A DNA stretch of 64,000 bases from Thermodesulfobacteriota bacterium (GTDB lineage Bacteria > Desulfobacterota > BSN033 > UBA1163), in the NCBI GenBank assembly GCA_047519465.1, contig JAPVTA010000227.1, forward strand, positions 5,687 to 69,686, read 5' to 3'. Under the pieces are notes generated by a model that worked only from the letters and a program-made list of their open reading frames with translations, was not told the origin of the DNA and did not search any database. Below, one piece after another: positions 1 to 8,470 of this stretch. The number at the start of each line of letters is the position of its first letter. Position 1 is the stretch's first letter. Both the position numbers and the translations under genes were made by a program.

Positions 1-179
1 ATTCCAAATAAACTCCAAATGCCAAGTTCAAGTCACCAAGACGATTTCATCACAGGTTTCCATTTGGAATTTTGGGCGTTGGAGCCTATTTGGGATTTGT
101 TGCTTGGTGTTTGGTGCTTGGACTAACATGGGAAATGTTTTGTTGTTAATTTGGTAACGATTTAACTTCTGATAAATCA

Positions 180-971
180 ATGAAGCACCCAATTATCACT
201 CTCCTCACCGATTTTGGTACAAAAGACCATTATGTGGCTTCGATGAAGGGGGTGATTTTAAATATCAATCCTCAGTGTCTCCTTATCGATATTACACACC
301 AGGTGAATCCACAAGACATTGAGGAAGGAGCCTTCATACTGGCCAATGCTTACTCTTATTTCCCAAACGGGACGATCCATCTTTCTGTGGTGGACCCCGG
401 GGTAGGGGGAACCAGAAAGCCTATTCTTCTTGTGACTCAAAACTATTTTTTTGTGGGTCCTGACAATGGGCTCTTCACGCTCGCGGCACAAAGGGAGAAG
501 GTGAAACAGGTGGTGGTTCTCACCAAAAAGAAATATTTTCTTCAAAAAGTCAGCAGGACATTTCATGGAAGAGACGTTTTTGCTCCGGTGGCTGCCCATC
601 TCTCGCTCGGTATCAAGCCCAAGACTTTTGGACACGAAATTAGCTCCTTGAAAGAGCTTGGGTTTCAAAAGCCCGTTGTCAAAGAAGGGAGATTATTTGG
701 GGAGATTCTCCATATCGATGCCTTCGGCAACGTAATCAGCAATATTGACGAGAAGGGACTTTTTCGGTTTGTTCAAGATCGCCCCTTCGTCATCCGGGGG
801 GGGAGGAAATCTATCCATGGCCTTAGGGGAGGATATTGGGAAGGAAAAGAAGGGGAGCTAATTGCCCTTTTGGGGAGTGGTGGCTTGCTCGAAATCTCTG
901 CGAGAGAAGGGAATGCTCAAAAGATACTGAGGGCAAAAAGAGGAGATCCGCTTATAATAAGCACCGAATAA
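180..971 (+). CDS. S-adenosyl-L-methionine hydroxide adenosyltransferase family protein (DUF62; fluorinase/chlorinase-like fold)
   Basis: N-terminus 'ITLLTDFGTKDHYVASMKGVI' and C-terminal 'HIDAFGNVISNI' are characteristic of the DUF62/SAM hydrolase family; length 263 aa fits. Confidence 0.7.
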   Translation: MKHPIITLLTDFGTKDHYVASMKGVILNINPQCLLIDITHQVNPQDIEEGAFILANAYSYFPNGTIHLSVVDPGVGGTRKPILLVTQNYFFVGPDNGLFTLAAQREKVKQVVVLTKKKYFLQKVSRTFHGRDVFAPVAAHLSLGIKPKTFGHEISSLKELGFQKPVVKEGRLFGEILHIDAFGNVISNIDEKGLFRFVQDRPFVIRGGRKSIHGLRGGYWEGKEGELIALLGSGGLLEISAREGNAQKILRAKRGDPLIISTE

Positions 972-1017
972 CAGACCCTGTACCTAATATAATGTGTGAA
1001 AAATCCCTTTGCATTGA

Positions 1018-1090
1018 TTGTCATTCCGGGCTTGACCCGGAATCCAGGGAAGGACTGGATTCCTGCTTCCGCAGGAATGACCGCAACAAG
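1018..1090. repeat. Palindromic intergenic repeat, copy A (GTCATTCCGGGCTTGACCCGGAATCC ... GGAATGAC)
   Basis: Nested inverted repeats: inner ATTCCGGG/CCCGGAAT, outer GTCATTCC/GGAATGAC. A 26-bp core is nearly identical to the copy at 5978-6045. Confidence 0.55.
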
Positions 1091-1150
1091 AACAATTGAG
1101 GAATGAATGGGTGAGGGGTCTGAGAAAACAAGAGGGGGATAGGGTGCGCC

Positions 1151-2293
1151 ATGGTATCGAATAAGGCCCAGGAGATTCCTCCGTTCATTGTGATGGATGT
1201 TCTGGAGAAGGCTCAAGAACTGGAGAGAAATGGGGATCATATTATTCATCTGGAAGTGGGGGAGCCGGATTTCGATACTCCGGAATGTGTCAGTGAGGCT
1301 TGTTACCGTGCGATCTGCGAGGGAAAGACCCACTACACGCACAGCCTGGGCTTGGTCGAGTTGAGGGAGGCAATTGCAGAGGATTACTGGAAAGGATATC
1401 ACGTGAAGGTGTCGCCCGAACAAATCGTTGTGACCTCAGGGACCTCTCCGGCCATGCTCCTTCTTTTTTCTGCCCTGTTAGAACCCGGCGACGAGGTGAT
1501 CCTCTCCAACCCTTATTATCCATGTTATCCCAATATCATCCGGTTTGTTGACGGATCTCCGGTGTTCGTCGAGGTGCTGGAAGAAGAGGGCTTCCAGTAT
1601 CTTCCTGAGATGATCGAGGCAAAGATGAGCCCGAAGGTAAAAGGGATTATGATCAATTCACCCTCTAACCCCACTGGAAACGTGATGTCTGCAGGAAGGA
1701 TGAAAGAGATGGCTAAGTTTTCCCCCTTCATCATCTCCGACGAAATTTATCATGGGCTGGTGTATGAAGGAGAGGTTCATACGATTCTTGAATTCACGGA
1801 TCGCGCTTTTGTGATCAACGGGTTTTCAAAACTCTATGCCATGACTGGATGGAGACTGGGGTATGTCATTGCGCCGAAAGAATTCGTACGACCGATGCAA
1901 AAGATCCAACAGAATCTTTTCATCTCTGCCAGTTCCTTTGTCCAATGGGGCGCCTTGGCGGGTCTGAAGAAAGCTGGAGAAGATGTTCAAAGAATGAGAG
2001 ATACCTATGACCAGCGACGCCGTTTTTTGATTCCGAGGCTCAGGGAATTGGGATTTGGGATTACGGTCGAGCCTACCGGAGCTTTTTATACGTTGGCAAA
2101 TGCAAGCAGATTTTCTAACGATTCTTATCGACTCGCCTTTGACATTCTGAAAGAGGCAAAGGTCGGCGTGGCGCCCGGCATCGACTTCGGAACGAATGCA
2201 GAAGGATATATCCGATTTTCCTACGCCAATTCTCTGGAAAATATCAGAGAGGGAATGAACAGGCTGGAAAAATATCTGGAACGCTATAAGTAA
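1151..2293 (+). CDS. Pyridoxal-phosphate-dependent aminotransferase, class I/II (aspartate aminotransferase-like)
   Basis: 'HLEVGEPDFDTPE', 'SNPYYPCYP', 'NSPSNPTG' and 'FSKLYAMTGWRLGY' (PLP-lysine region) are typical of fold-type I aminotransferases; 380 aa. Confidence 0.8.
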   Translation: MVSNKAQEIPPFIVMDVLEKAQELERNGDHIIHLEVGEPDFDTPECVSEACYRAICEGKTHYTHSLGLVELREAIAEDYWKGYHVKVSPEQIVVTSGTSPAMLLLFSALLEPGDEVILSNPYYPCYPNIIRFVDGSPVFVEVLEEEGFQYLPEMIEAKMSPKVKGIMINSPSNPTGNVMSAGRMKEMAKFSPFIISDEIYHGLVYEGEVHTILEFTDRAFVINGFSKLYAMTGWRLGYVIAPKEFVRPMQKIQQNLFISASSFVQWGALAGLKKAGEDVQRMRDTYDQRRRFLIPRLRELGFGITVEPTGAFYTLANASRFSNDSYRLAFDILKEAKVGVAPGIDFGTNAEGYIRFSYANSLENIREGMNRLEKYLERYK

Positions 2294-2447
2294 TCAGGGA
2301 ACTATAGATGACGGTAAACCAGGCCAACCTCAAAACAGCTGCTGTGGCTTAAGGTCCACAAGGCCGCACCAGGGTGCATTTGAAGATGTAACTTAGGCCT
2401 TGACCCTCCATTTGCCAAATTTTGAAGTTACTCTTGTTGTAGGTTGC

Positions 2448-2760
2448 GACAGCGAGGCGTCATTGCCAACGAAGCCGTGCACCGCCCTGAACCAGAACGT
2501 TCGGGGCACCGCATGGTGTTCAGGGCGAAGTAAAGCCTTGTCCCGAGCGAAGCGGGGAACTCATGAAATTGCAGCGGGCTATGCCCTCGCAACGACGCCG
2601 TCGGATTGCGACGTCCCCCGCGTCAAGTGCGGGGCCTCGCAATGACGACTAATAAAAGGCATTTTATTTTCTTACAACTCCGTAGGGCGTGGTCCCCCTG
2701 CCTACCGGCAGGCAGGCGATCACGCCGGCCAGATGGTGCGTTCGGGGAACGCACCCTACA
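2448..2760. repeat. Composite structured repeat region between convergent genes (GCGTCATTGC...GCAATGACG and GTAGGGCG...CGCACCCTAC inverted repeats)
   Basis: Imperfect inverted repeats read directly in sequence. No convincing ORF; the 81-aa ORF here is Ala/Arg-rich low complexity. Confidence 0.3.
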
Positions 2761-2805
2761 GTATATGTAAAATTATTTATTGCGTTTGTATTAGGTTTCT
2801 TTACG

Positions 2806-3546
2806 CTATGCTCTGCGCAGCACTTCATGTGAGAGGTGATGCGCTTTGCGCAACGGTTCAGGAAAACGAAACCCCTTGCAGCTCTCGAGGACGAGTTGGA
2901 TACTCGTCAAGAGATCGATCCGATGACCCGGAGAAACAAACAGAGGTCTTACCTTCTCTCGTGTTCTAAGAACCGCCCCCACTTTCTTCCCTTCCCAGTG
3001 AATCCATTCAAAACTTCCTCTTGAGGGGCCCGGAGAGATAAATTCATCTAACAAAGGGGTCTTGGCGCAGCCAATTGACGGAATGTCGAGCCATAAACCT
3101 ATGTGTGAGGCAAGCCCTATTCCTCTGGGATGGGCAATGCCTTGACCATCGAAAATAATGACATCAGGCTTGAATTTTAGCTTCGGAAAGACTTTGATCA
3201 GAATCGGGCCTTCTCGAAAACTAAGAAGGCTGGAGATATAGGGATAAGGGATTTTGTCATGAGCCGTGGCCGTATCGAGGATTTCCATATCCGGGAACGA
3301 AAGGACGACCATCGCACCGAAGAGGAGATTCTCATTTCTTGAATAGGCAACATCTCCTCCTCCGATGGTTCTCACCCCCTTAGAAATGATGCCCTCTGAG
3401 TATGTCGAAGGGTCGCAACGACCGGAATTTCTGACGGGGCGAACTCTTGAAAATGTATTCTTTAAGATAATCCGTTCTTTCAAAGCCTCCTGAATCTGAA
3501 TGGCTTCCTCCACACTGACGTCCCAGGAATGGAGCGGTTTCATCAT
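2806..3546 (-). CDS. nfi: Endonuclease V (deoxyinosine 3' endonuclease)
   Basis: 'GGDVAY', 'FDGQGIAHPRGIGLASHIGL' and 'FRFPEPLRKAH' align to E. coli Nfi ('[21 protein letters not shown]', 'YRLPEPTRWAD'). Confidence 0.85.
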   Translation of the reverse strand: MMKPLHSWDVSVEEAIQIQEALKERIILKNTFSRVRPVRNSGRCDPSTYSEGIISKGVRTIGGGDVAYSRNENLLFGAMVVLSFPDMEILDTATAHDKIPYPYISSLLSFREGPILIKVFPKLKFKPDVIIFDGQGIAHPRGIGLASHIGLWLDIPSIGCAKTPLLDEFISPGPSRGSFEWIHWEGKKVGAVLRTREKVRPLFVSPGHRIDLLTSIQLVLESCKGFRFPEPLRKAHHLSHEVLRRA

Positions 3547-3597
3547 CCGATGAAAAATCCCCGCACCCCCCCTTGACTAAAGGGGAGTCAAGGGGGG

Positions 3598-5355
3598 TTA
3601 CGGTGAGATTTTTTCTTTTTGACCTTTATTGACCTTCAGGATGCAGAGGGTTCGAATCGCTTTTCCGTCTTCTCCAAAACCCTTGAGGCCAGAAACCCCT
3701 TGGAAATTCTTTACCTGTCGGAGTTCTTCTTGCATTTGCGAGGGGGAGGAGACTGACTTTGACTGAAGAATTTCCTTAATGAATTTAGCTCCATCATAAC
3801 TCATGGCTTCGAGGGTCTCTGGATCCCGCTGGAAGGTTTTTCGAAATTCCTCCACAAAACGAGCCACCCAAGGGGAGGCGCTCTTTTCAAAAAATGCATC
3901 CACAAAGATTGATCCTTCGGCTCCCTTCCCGCCAATTGAGATCAGGCCTTGGCCATTCCATGAATTGGTGCCGAGAAAAATGGCTTTTACATCATAGTAA
4001 GCCATTTGGGAAAGGATCATGCCCACGCGATCGTGACTGTCAGGAATAAAGATTCCGTCTACGGAGAGAAGGGATTTGAACTCATCCTCTTTTTTTCTTT
4101 TTACGTCAGGTTTTTGGACCGTTTTGATCTTAAAGAACCCTTTGATCTCCTGACTGAAATCCGTCTGACCCTCTTGATAGACGACAGATCCTAAAACCTT
4201 TCCGCCGTTCCGGGTGATCTCTTCGTTAAACAGGTTCTTGAAATAGAGTCCGTAGGGGGAGTTGGGATAAAAGACGGCGAAGGTGCCAAGCTCAATATCC
4301 TTTATGGCAAACGTAACAAGCGTCCGGATCTGCTCCGAAGGGCTGAGGGAGTTCCGGAAAACGAAATCTTCTTTATTAGAAGCGGTATCCTTTTGAGAGA
4401 AGGTGAGAAGAGGGATTTTTAGTTGCTGGGCTCTTCTCGCTGCCTGGTCAGCTTCGGCACTGAGAAGAGGACCGATGATGGCAATCACTTTTTCTTTGTT
4501 GACCAACTCTTCGACGGCCTTCTCCGCCTCTGCCGGGCTCCCTTTCGAATCGTGTATGGCCAAGGAGACTAAGGGGTAATCCGATTCTTTTATGGCCGAT
4601 TGGATCCCCTGGAGGGCTCTTTCTCCAAAGGGACTATAAATCCCGCTTAGGGGGAGAATGACCCCGACTGTAAACTTAGAACGAATGGAAGGAAGGATCA
4701 CATCCAAAAGCTCCTTGGCTTGGGTCATGTAGTCCGTGGCACGGTATTCTTTTTGTAATTCCGTCAAATATCTTTTTGCGATGAGATCGTTCCCTTGGCG
4801 CTTAGCCATTTGGGCCAATCTTAATTTGGCGTACCCTCCCGCGTAGGTTCCGCGGTAGAGCGACTCAATGGACTTCAATTCTTCCTCAGAATTCGAGCTG
4901 TCCATAATGGTTCTTACCTTTTTCCTCAATTCTTCGTTCGCCTGACCGGGAATGAGAAGCCCCTTCCCATACCAATGAAGAGCGGTGAGCCGATCCTTTA
5001 GCTCGAGATAGTTGTCTCCCAGCAGGGTGAAGACCTGCACCATCCTGGTGGGGGAAAGGAAAGTCGTGAAAAGCTCGTTCAGAATACGAATAGCATCTTG
5101 GGGCCTTTTGAGTCGGGTGTAACAGATCCCCATCCTGAATTTGGCCTCGTTGAAGAGAGGGCTTTGAGGAAAATCGGTGGTCACGCTCTTAAAACGCCAC
5201 AGTGCTTTTTCCGTTTCTCCTTTCGAGAGAAAAATCTCTCCCTCCCTGAAGAGAGCCGAGTCGTCGGGCGGGGGCTGGGCAATAACGGGACGTTGCAGGA
5301 AGAGCGAAAGAAGGGACAGGAGGATGAGCGTCCATTCTCCGAACCTATGGGTCAT
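3598..5355 (-). CDS. Secreted TPR-repeat protein fused to a type-I periplasmic binding domain (Leu/Ile/Val-binding-like; LpoA-like architecture)
   Basis: Signal peptide 'MTHRFGEWTLILLSLLSLFLQRPVIAQP'. TPR-like helices sit in the N-terminal half. The C-terminal half has a LivK/Peripla_BP_6-like pattern ('VGVILPLSGIYSPFGE', 'IAIIGPLLSAEA'). Start chosen at an internal Met to avoid overlap with hpt. Confidence 0.55.
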   Translation of the reverse strand: MTHRFGEWTLILLSLLSLFLQRPVIAQPPPDDSALFREGEIFLSKGETEKALWRFKSVTTDFPQSPLFNEAKFRMGICYTRLKRPQDAIRILNELFTTFLSPTRMVQVFTLLGDNYLELKDRLTALHWYGKGLLIPGQANEELRKKVRTIMDSSNSEEELKSIESLYRGTYAGGYAKLRLAQMAKRQGNDLIAKRYLTELQKEYRATDYMTQAKELLDVILPSIRSKFTVGVILPLSGIYSPFGERALQGIQSAIKESDYPLVSLAIHDSKGSPAEAEKAVEELVNKEKVIAIIGPLLSAEADQAARRAQQLKIPLLTFSQKDTASNKEDFVFRNSLSPSEQIRTLVTFAIKDIELGTFAVFYPNSPYGLYFKNLFNEEITRNGGKVLGSVVYQEGQTDFSQEIKGFFKIKTVQKPDVKRKKEDEFKSLLSVDGIFIPDSHDRVGMILSQMAYYDVKAIFLGTNSWNGQGLISIGGKGAEGSIFVDAFFEKSASPWVARFVEEFRKTFQRDPETLEAMSYDGAKFIKEILQSKSVSSPSQMQEELRQVKNFQGVSGLKGFGEDGKAIRTLCILKVNKGQKEKISP

Positions 5356-5890
5356 TGATGGTGCTGACATAATAGATTTCGGGTAAGTGGCGATAGTTTT
5401 CATTGAAATCGATCCCGTAACCGACGACGAAGACGTCATCTACCTCGACTCCCAGATAATCCGCTTCCATCCCAACTTCTCGACGCCCCTTCTTGTCTAA
5501 AAGGGCACATATCTTTACAGAAAGGGGGTTGGAGAGGATGAGCCGATCTTTCAAAAACTGGAGGGTATGACCGCTATCAATGATATCTTCGATGATTAGG
5601 ACATCCTTGCCTTCAACGGAGAGCTCAATATCTTTTGTGATCTCAATATTACCGGAAGTCTTCATTCCGGATCCATAACTGGCCAATCTAACAAAGTCAA
5701 TTTTGGCCGGGATCTTGAGGCGACGGACCAGGTCGGAAAGAAACATGAATGCCCCCTTTAGGATACAGACAAGCACCAATTCTTTCCCTTTATAATCGTC
5801 GGAGATTCGATCTGCCAGACCCTGAACAATGGAAGCGATCTGTTCCTGAGAGAGCAACGGATTAAGATGATATTTTCCCATGGGCTTCAC
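5345..5890 (-). CDS. hpt: Hypoxanthine-guanine phosphoribosyltransferase
   Basis: PRPP-binding motif 'VLIIEDIIDSGHTL' and 'LVLVCILKGAFMFLSDL'; 181 aa. Confidence 0.85.
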   Translation of the reverse strand: MKPMGKYHLNPLLSQEQIASIVQGLADRISDDYKGKELVLVCILKGAFMFLSDLVRRLKIPAKIDFVRLASYGSGMKTSGNIEITKDIELSVEGKDVLIIEDIIDSGHTLQFLKDRLILSNPLSVKICALLDKKGRREVGMEADYLGVEVDDVFVVGYGIDFNENYRHLPEIYYVSTINDP

Positions 5891-5977
5891 GCCTTGCTTA
5901 GAAAAACGCGCCCATCACGCCAGACTGCATATAAGTCCCTAGTGGAGTGATTGAGAAATTACTTTACGGAGACCGTC

Positions 5978-6045
5978 ATTCCGGACTTGATCCGGAATCC
6001 GGTCTTTGCAACATAGAGGAATGACAACCCTCATTATTATTATAA
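5978..6045. repeat. Palindromic intergenic repeat, copy B (GTCATTCCGGACTTGATCCGGAATCC ... GGAATGAC)
   Basis: Same family as 1018-1090: 24 of 26 core positions identical, with the same outer GTCATTCC/GGAATGAC inverted ends. Confidence 0.55.
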
Positions 6046-6119
6046 AGAAGTGTTTGATTCACCACAGTAGCCTTATGTCGAGAAGGGGGAGCGATCTTAA
6101 GGCCCGCCCTTCCAAAGGG

Positions 6120-6230
6120 GTTCACCCCGTTAGAAATCCCAGTCGCTGTGACTCTTCGACATCTTTCAGGGCCTTGAGCGCCGTTCAAGGCGTCGGAACC
6201 GAAGAGGACATCATTTCTAACGGGGTTCAC
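6120..6230. repeat. 18-bp perfect inverted repeat (GTTCACCCCGTTAGAAAT / ATTTCTAACGGGGTTCAC) flanking a 75-bp spacer; MITE- or structured-RNA-like
   Basis: Arms at 6120-6137 and 6213-6230 are exact reverse complements. The element lies between hpt and the MBL hydrolase gene. Confidence 0.5.
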
Positions 6231-6883
6231 AGCGCGTGTTCTAAGACCACCGTCTCCGGCCGCTGAGGAAGGGTCCCCTTGTCAAGAACGGCTTCATTAG
6301 CCTTAAGCTTCCTTGTGTTCGCTTTCCCCTTGAGAAAGTCTTCCACCGGTGCAATGGGAAATCCGCATTTCTCAGTCTTAAAGTGCATGGGGATGACGAC
6401 TTTAGGCTTTATCTGTTCGGCGACACGCGTCGCTTCTTTCGGGTCAATCGTGAAATACCCACCCACGGGGATCAGTAGAACGTCAACCACGCCGATCTCA
6501 GCTAATTCCTTGTCATTCAGGATATGGCCGAGGTCTCCGAGGTGACAAACCTGAATGTCATCCACCTTGAAGGTGAAGACGGTGTTGGGGCCTCGTTCAC
6601 TTCCCTTGGAAGGGTCGTGATAAGTTGCAATGCCTTTAATCGGAACTCCTTTTACTGTTTTGGGACCGCTTCCCTTAACAACCTGGGGCGTCCCGGGAAG
6701 ATCTTTGGTATAATTGTGATCGGCGTGATCATGGGTAATTAGGACGAAATCTGCCTGGTCTTTAATTTTTCCATAAGAAAGTTGGCCGCCGAAGGCCCCG
6801 GATTCGTAAGGATCGATAATGAATTTAGTGCCTTGATCGGATGTGATTAAAAAAGCCGCGTGTCCATACCATTTAATCTTCAT
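6227..6883 (-). CDS. Metallo-beta-lactamase-fold metal-dependent hydrolase (UPF0173-like)
   Basis: 'LITHDHADHN' (HxHxDH zinc motif) and 'MKIKWYGHAAFLI' N-terminus. Confidence 0.7.
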   Translation of the reverse strand: MKIKWYGHAAFLITSDQGTKFIIDPYESGAFGGQLSYGKIKDQADFVLITHDHADHNYTKDLPGTPQVVKGSGPKTVKGVPIKGIATYHDPSKGSERGPNTVFTFKVDDIQVCHLGDLGHILNDKELAEIGVVDVLLIPVGGYFTIDPKEATRVAEQIKPKVVIPMHFKTEKCGFPIAPVEDFLKGKANTRKLKANEAVLDKGTLPQRPETVVLEHAL

Positions 6884-6999
6884 GTTAAGCCTCCTACAAT
6901 ACTAAAGTATTCTTAGTATAATCGAAGGGAGAAAGAAGTCAACCCTTCAACTCCCCAGCAATTCTCAGCTCCAAATTCATAACTCATAACTTATTACTC

Positions 7000-7308
7000 T
7001 TAACTCTTTCTTCTTAACTTTTCCTCGACCGCCCTCCTTTTCCCTTTTAGAGTGCCCTTTTTATCTCTTCGGTCATCGATCTTTAAAGTGGTGAGGACCC
7101 GGAGGGCTCCCTTTTTAAAAGGCGTTTGGTGCATTTTGAAGGCGATTTTGAATAAGTCTTTGAGATCTCCCTCGATGTTTGTCCCCATTGATGAAAGCTC
7201 GTAACGAACTCTTTCCTTTTTCAGAACACGAATACAGTCTGCCACATAAGCACTGAGGCTCGTTTCACCCGTGCCAATGGGCACGACACTGATTTGTAAA
7301 ATTGCCAT
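7000..7308 (-). CDS. MTH1187/YkoF-family protein (DUF77, thiamine/ligand-binding ferredoxin-like fold)
   Basis: 'MAILQISVVPIGTGETSLSAYVADCI' matches the YkoF/MTH1187 family signature. Start set at the internal Met preceded by the ORF extension. Confidence 0.6.
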   Translation of the reverse strand: MAILQISVVPIGTGETSLSAYVADCIRVLKKERVRYELSSMGTNIEGDLKDLFKIAFKMHQTPFKKGALRVLTTLKIDDRRDKKGTLKGKRRAVEEKLRRKS

Positions 7309-7539
7309 AATTTTGCCCCTTTCGCGAAACTCAAAATTTCTGTCTCCGGCTGCCCTCGACAAGCAGGTCAATTTAATTTTTTTGAGCCCCTAATTAGCAT
7401 GTTTAAAAAACTATCATCAACTTAAGGTGTTGTCAACGGTATTGGCCGAGAGCTTCACAATAAAAATATTTTTATTTCGTACAGAATGAGGTATAATGAC
7501 CCCGAGGCAGCTATGAGACAGCCACAAGAGATTTCAGGG

Positions 7540-8241
7540 ATGATCGCCTTTTCTGCGGGACTTCTCTCCTTCGTTTCGCCTTGCGTCCTCCCCCTGGTTC
7601 CCTCTTATATCACCTACATCACGGGGGTTTCCTTCAAGGACCTTACGGATACCGAAGCCCGGTCGAGGCTGAGATGGGCTGCTCTTTTCCATTCCTTCTT
7701 CTTCATCATCGGATTTTCAACGATCTTTATCCTGATGGGCACCTCGGCCTCCTATCTCGGCCAATTATTTGCTCAGTATCAATACTGGATTATGAAAGGA
7801 GGGGGGGTACTGATCATCCTCCTGGGTATCCATTTTACAGGAATCATCAGTATTCCTTTTCTGCAGATTGAGAAAAGATTTGAGGTGAGGAGGAAGCCTT
7901 TGGGCTATGCAGGTTCCTTTCTCGTGGGAGTGGTTTTCGCAGCCGGGTGGACGCCCTGTATCGGACCGATCCTCTCGACGATCCTCATCTATGCGAGCAC
8001 GTCAAAAAGCGTGACGACGGGAGTTCTGCTGCTCACTTACTATTCGATAGGCCTGGGAATTCCATTTCTTCTCTCCTCCCTGGCATTCAATTCATTCCTC
8101 TCTGCCTTCGATAAAATAAAACGATACATGAGAGTCATCAGCGTTGCGAGCGGCCTTTTCCTGGTTGGCATCGGGATTCTCTTCCTGACCGATACGTTTA
8201 AAGAGATCAATTCCTACCTGAATGCGCTCACTAATCCCTAG
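7540..8241 (+). CDS. ccdA: Cytochrome c-type biogenesis / thiol-disulfide transmembrane protein CcdA (DsbD core)
   Basis: 'FSAGLLSFVSPCVLPLVPSYI' and second Cys motif 'AAGWTPCIGPIL'; multi-pass membrane protein. The ORF-track start at 7486 overlaps a TATAAT box (7491-7496), so the downstream Met with GGGA RBS was preferred. Confidence 0.75.
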   Translation: MIAFSAGLLSFVSPCVLPLVPSYITYITGVSFKDLTDTEARSRLRWAALFHSFFFIIGFSTIFILMGTSASYLGQLFAQYQYWIMKGGGVLIILLGIHFTGIISIPFLQIEKRFEVRRKPLGYAGSFLVGVVFAAGWTPCIGPILSTILIYASTSKSVTTGVLLLTYYSIGLGIPFLLSSLAFNSFLSAFDKIKRYMRVISVASGLFLVGIGILFLTDTFKEINSYLNALTNP

Positions 8242-8299
8242 TCAAACTAGAAATCCGAATATCGGGCGAAGCGTTCGTCTCGGACAAATCTGAAAAAAA

Positions 8300-8460
8300 A
8301 TTTGGTGGTTATCGGGATATCAGGTTATCAGGTAGTGGATATCAGGACATCCGGGCATCAGGGTTAAGAATTTTTTGTCTCCTGTCCTGCTCTCCTGATC
8401 CTTGGTATCCTGCATCCTGATTTCCTGGTACCCTGATGACCTCCACGTGCATTTCGGATT
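8300..8460. repeat. Long imperfect hairpin built from ATCAGG repeats (left arm) and CCTGAT repeats (right arm); probable bidirectional terminator between convergent ccdA and lptG
   Basis: Left arm 'GGATATCAGGTTATCAGGTAGTGGATATCAGGACATCCGGGCATCAGGG'. Right arm 'CCTGATCCTTGGTATCCTGCATCCTGATTTCCTGGTACCCTGATGACC'. Confidence 0.4.
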
Positions 8461-8470
8461 TTCCCGGATA

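Noticed and set aside
836-1423. ORFs 836-1099 (plus strand, 87 aa) and 917-1423 (minus strand, 168 aa) spanning the palindromic repeat and the aminotransferase 5' region
   Set aside because: Cys/Arg-rich low-complexity translations that run across a palindromic repeat and antisense to a well-supported gene. There is no RBS or domain signature, so they are most likely spurious.
2400-2645. 81-aa Ala/Arg/Thr-rich ORF in the convergent intergenic region
   Set aside because: It lies entirely within the structured inverted-repeat region. Composition is typical of GC-rich repeat read-through, with no start context.
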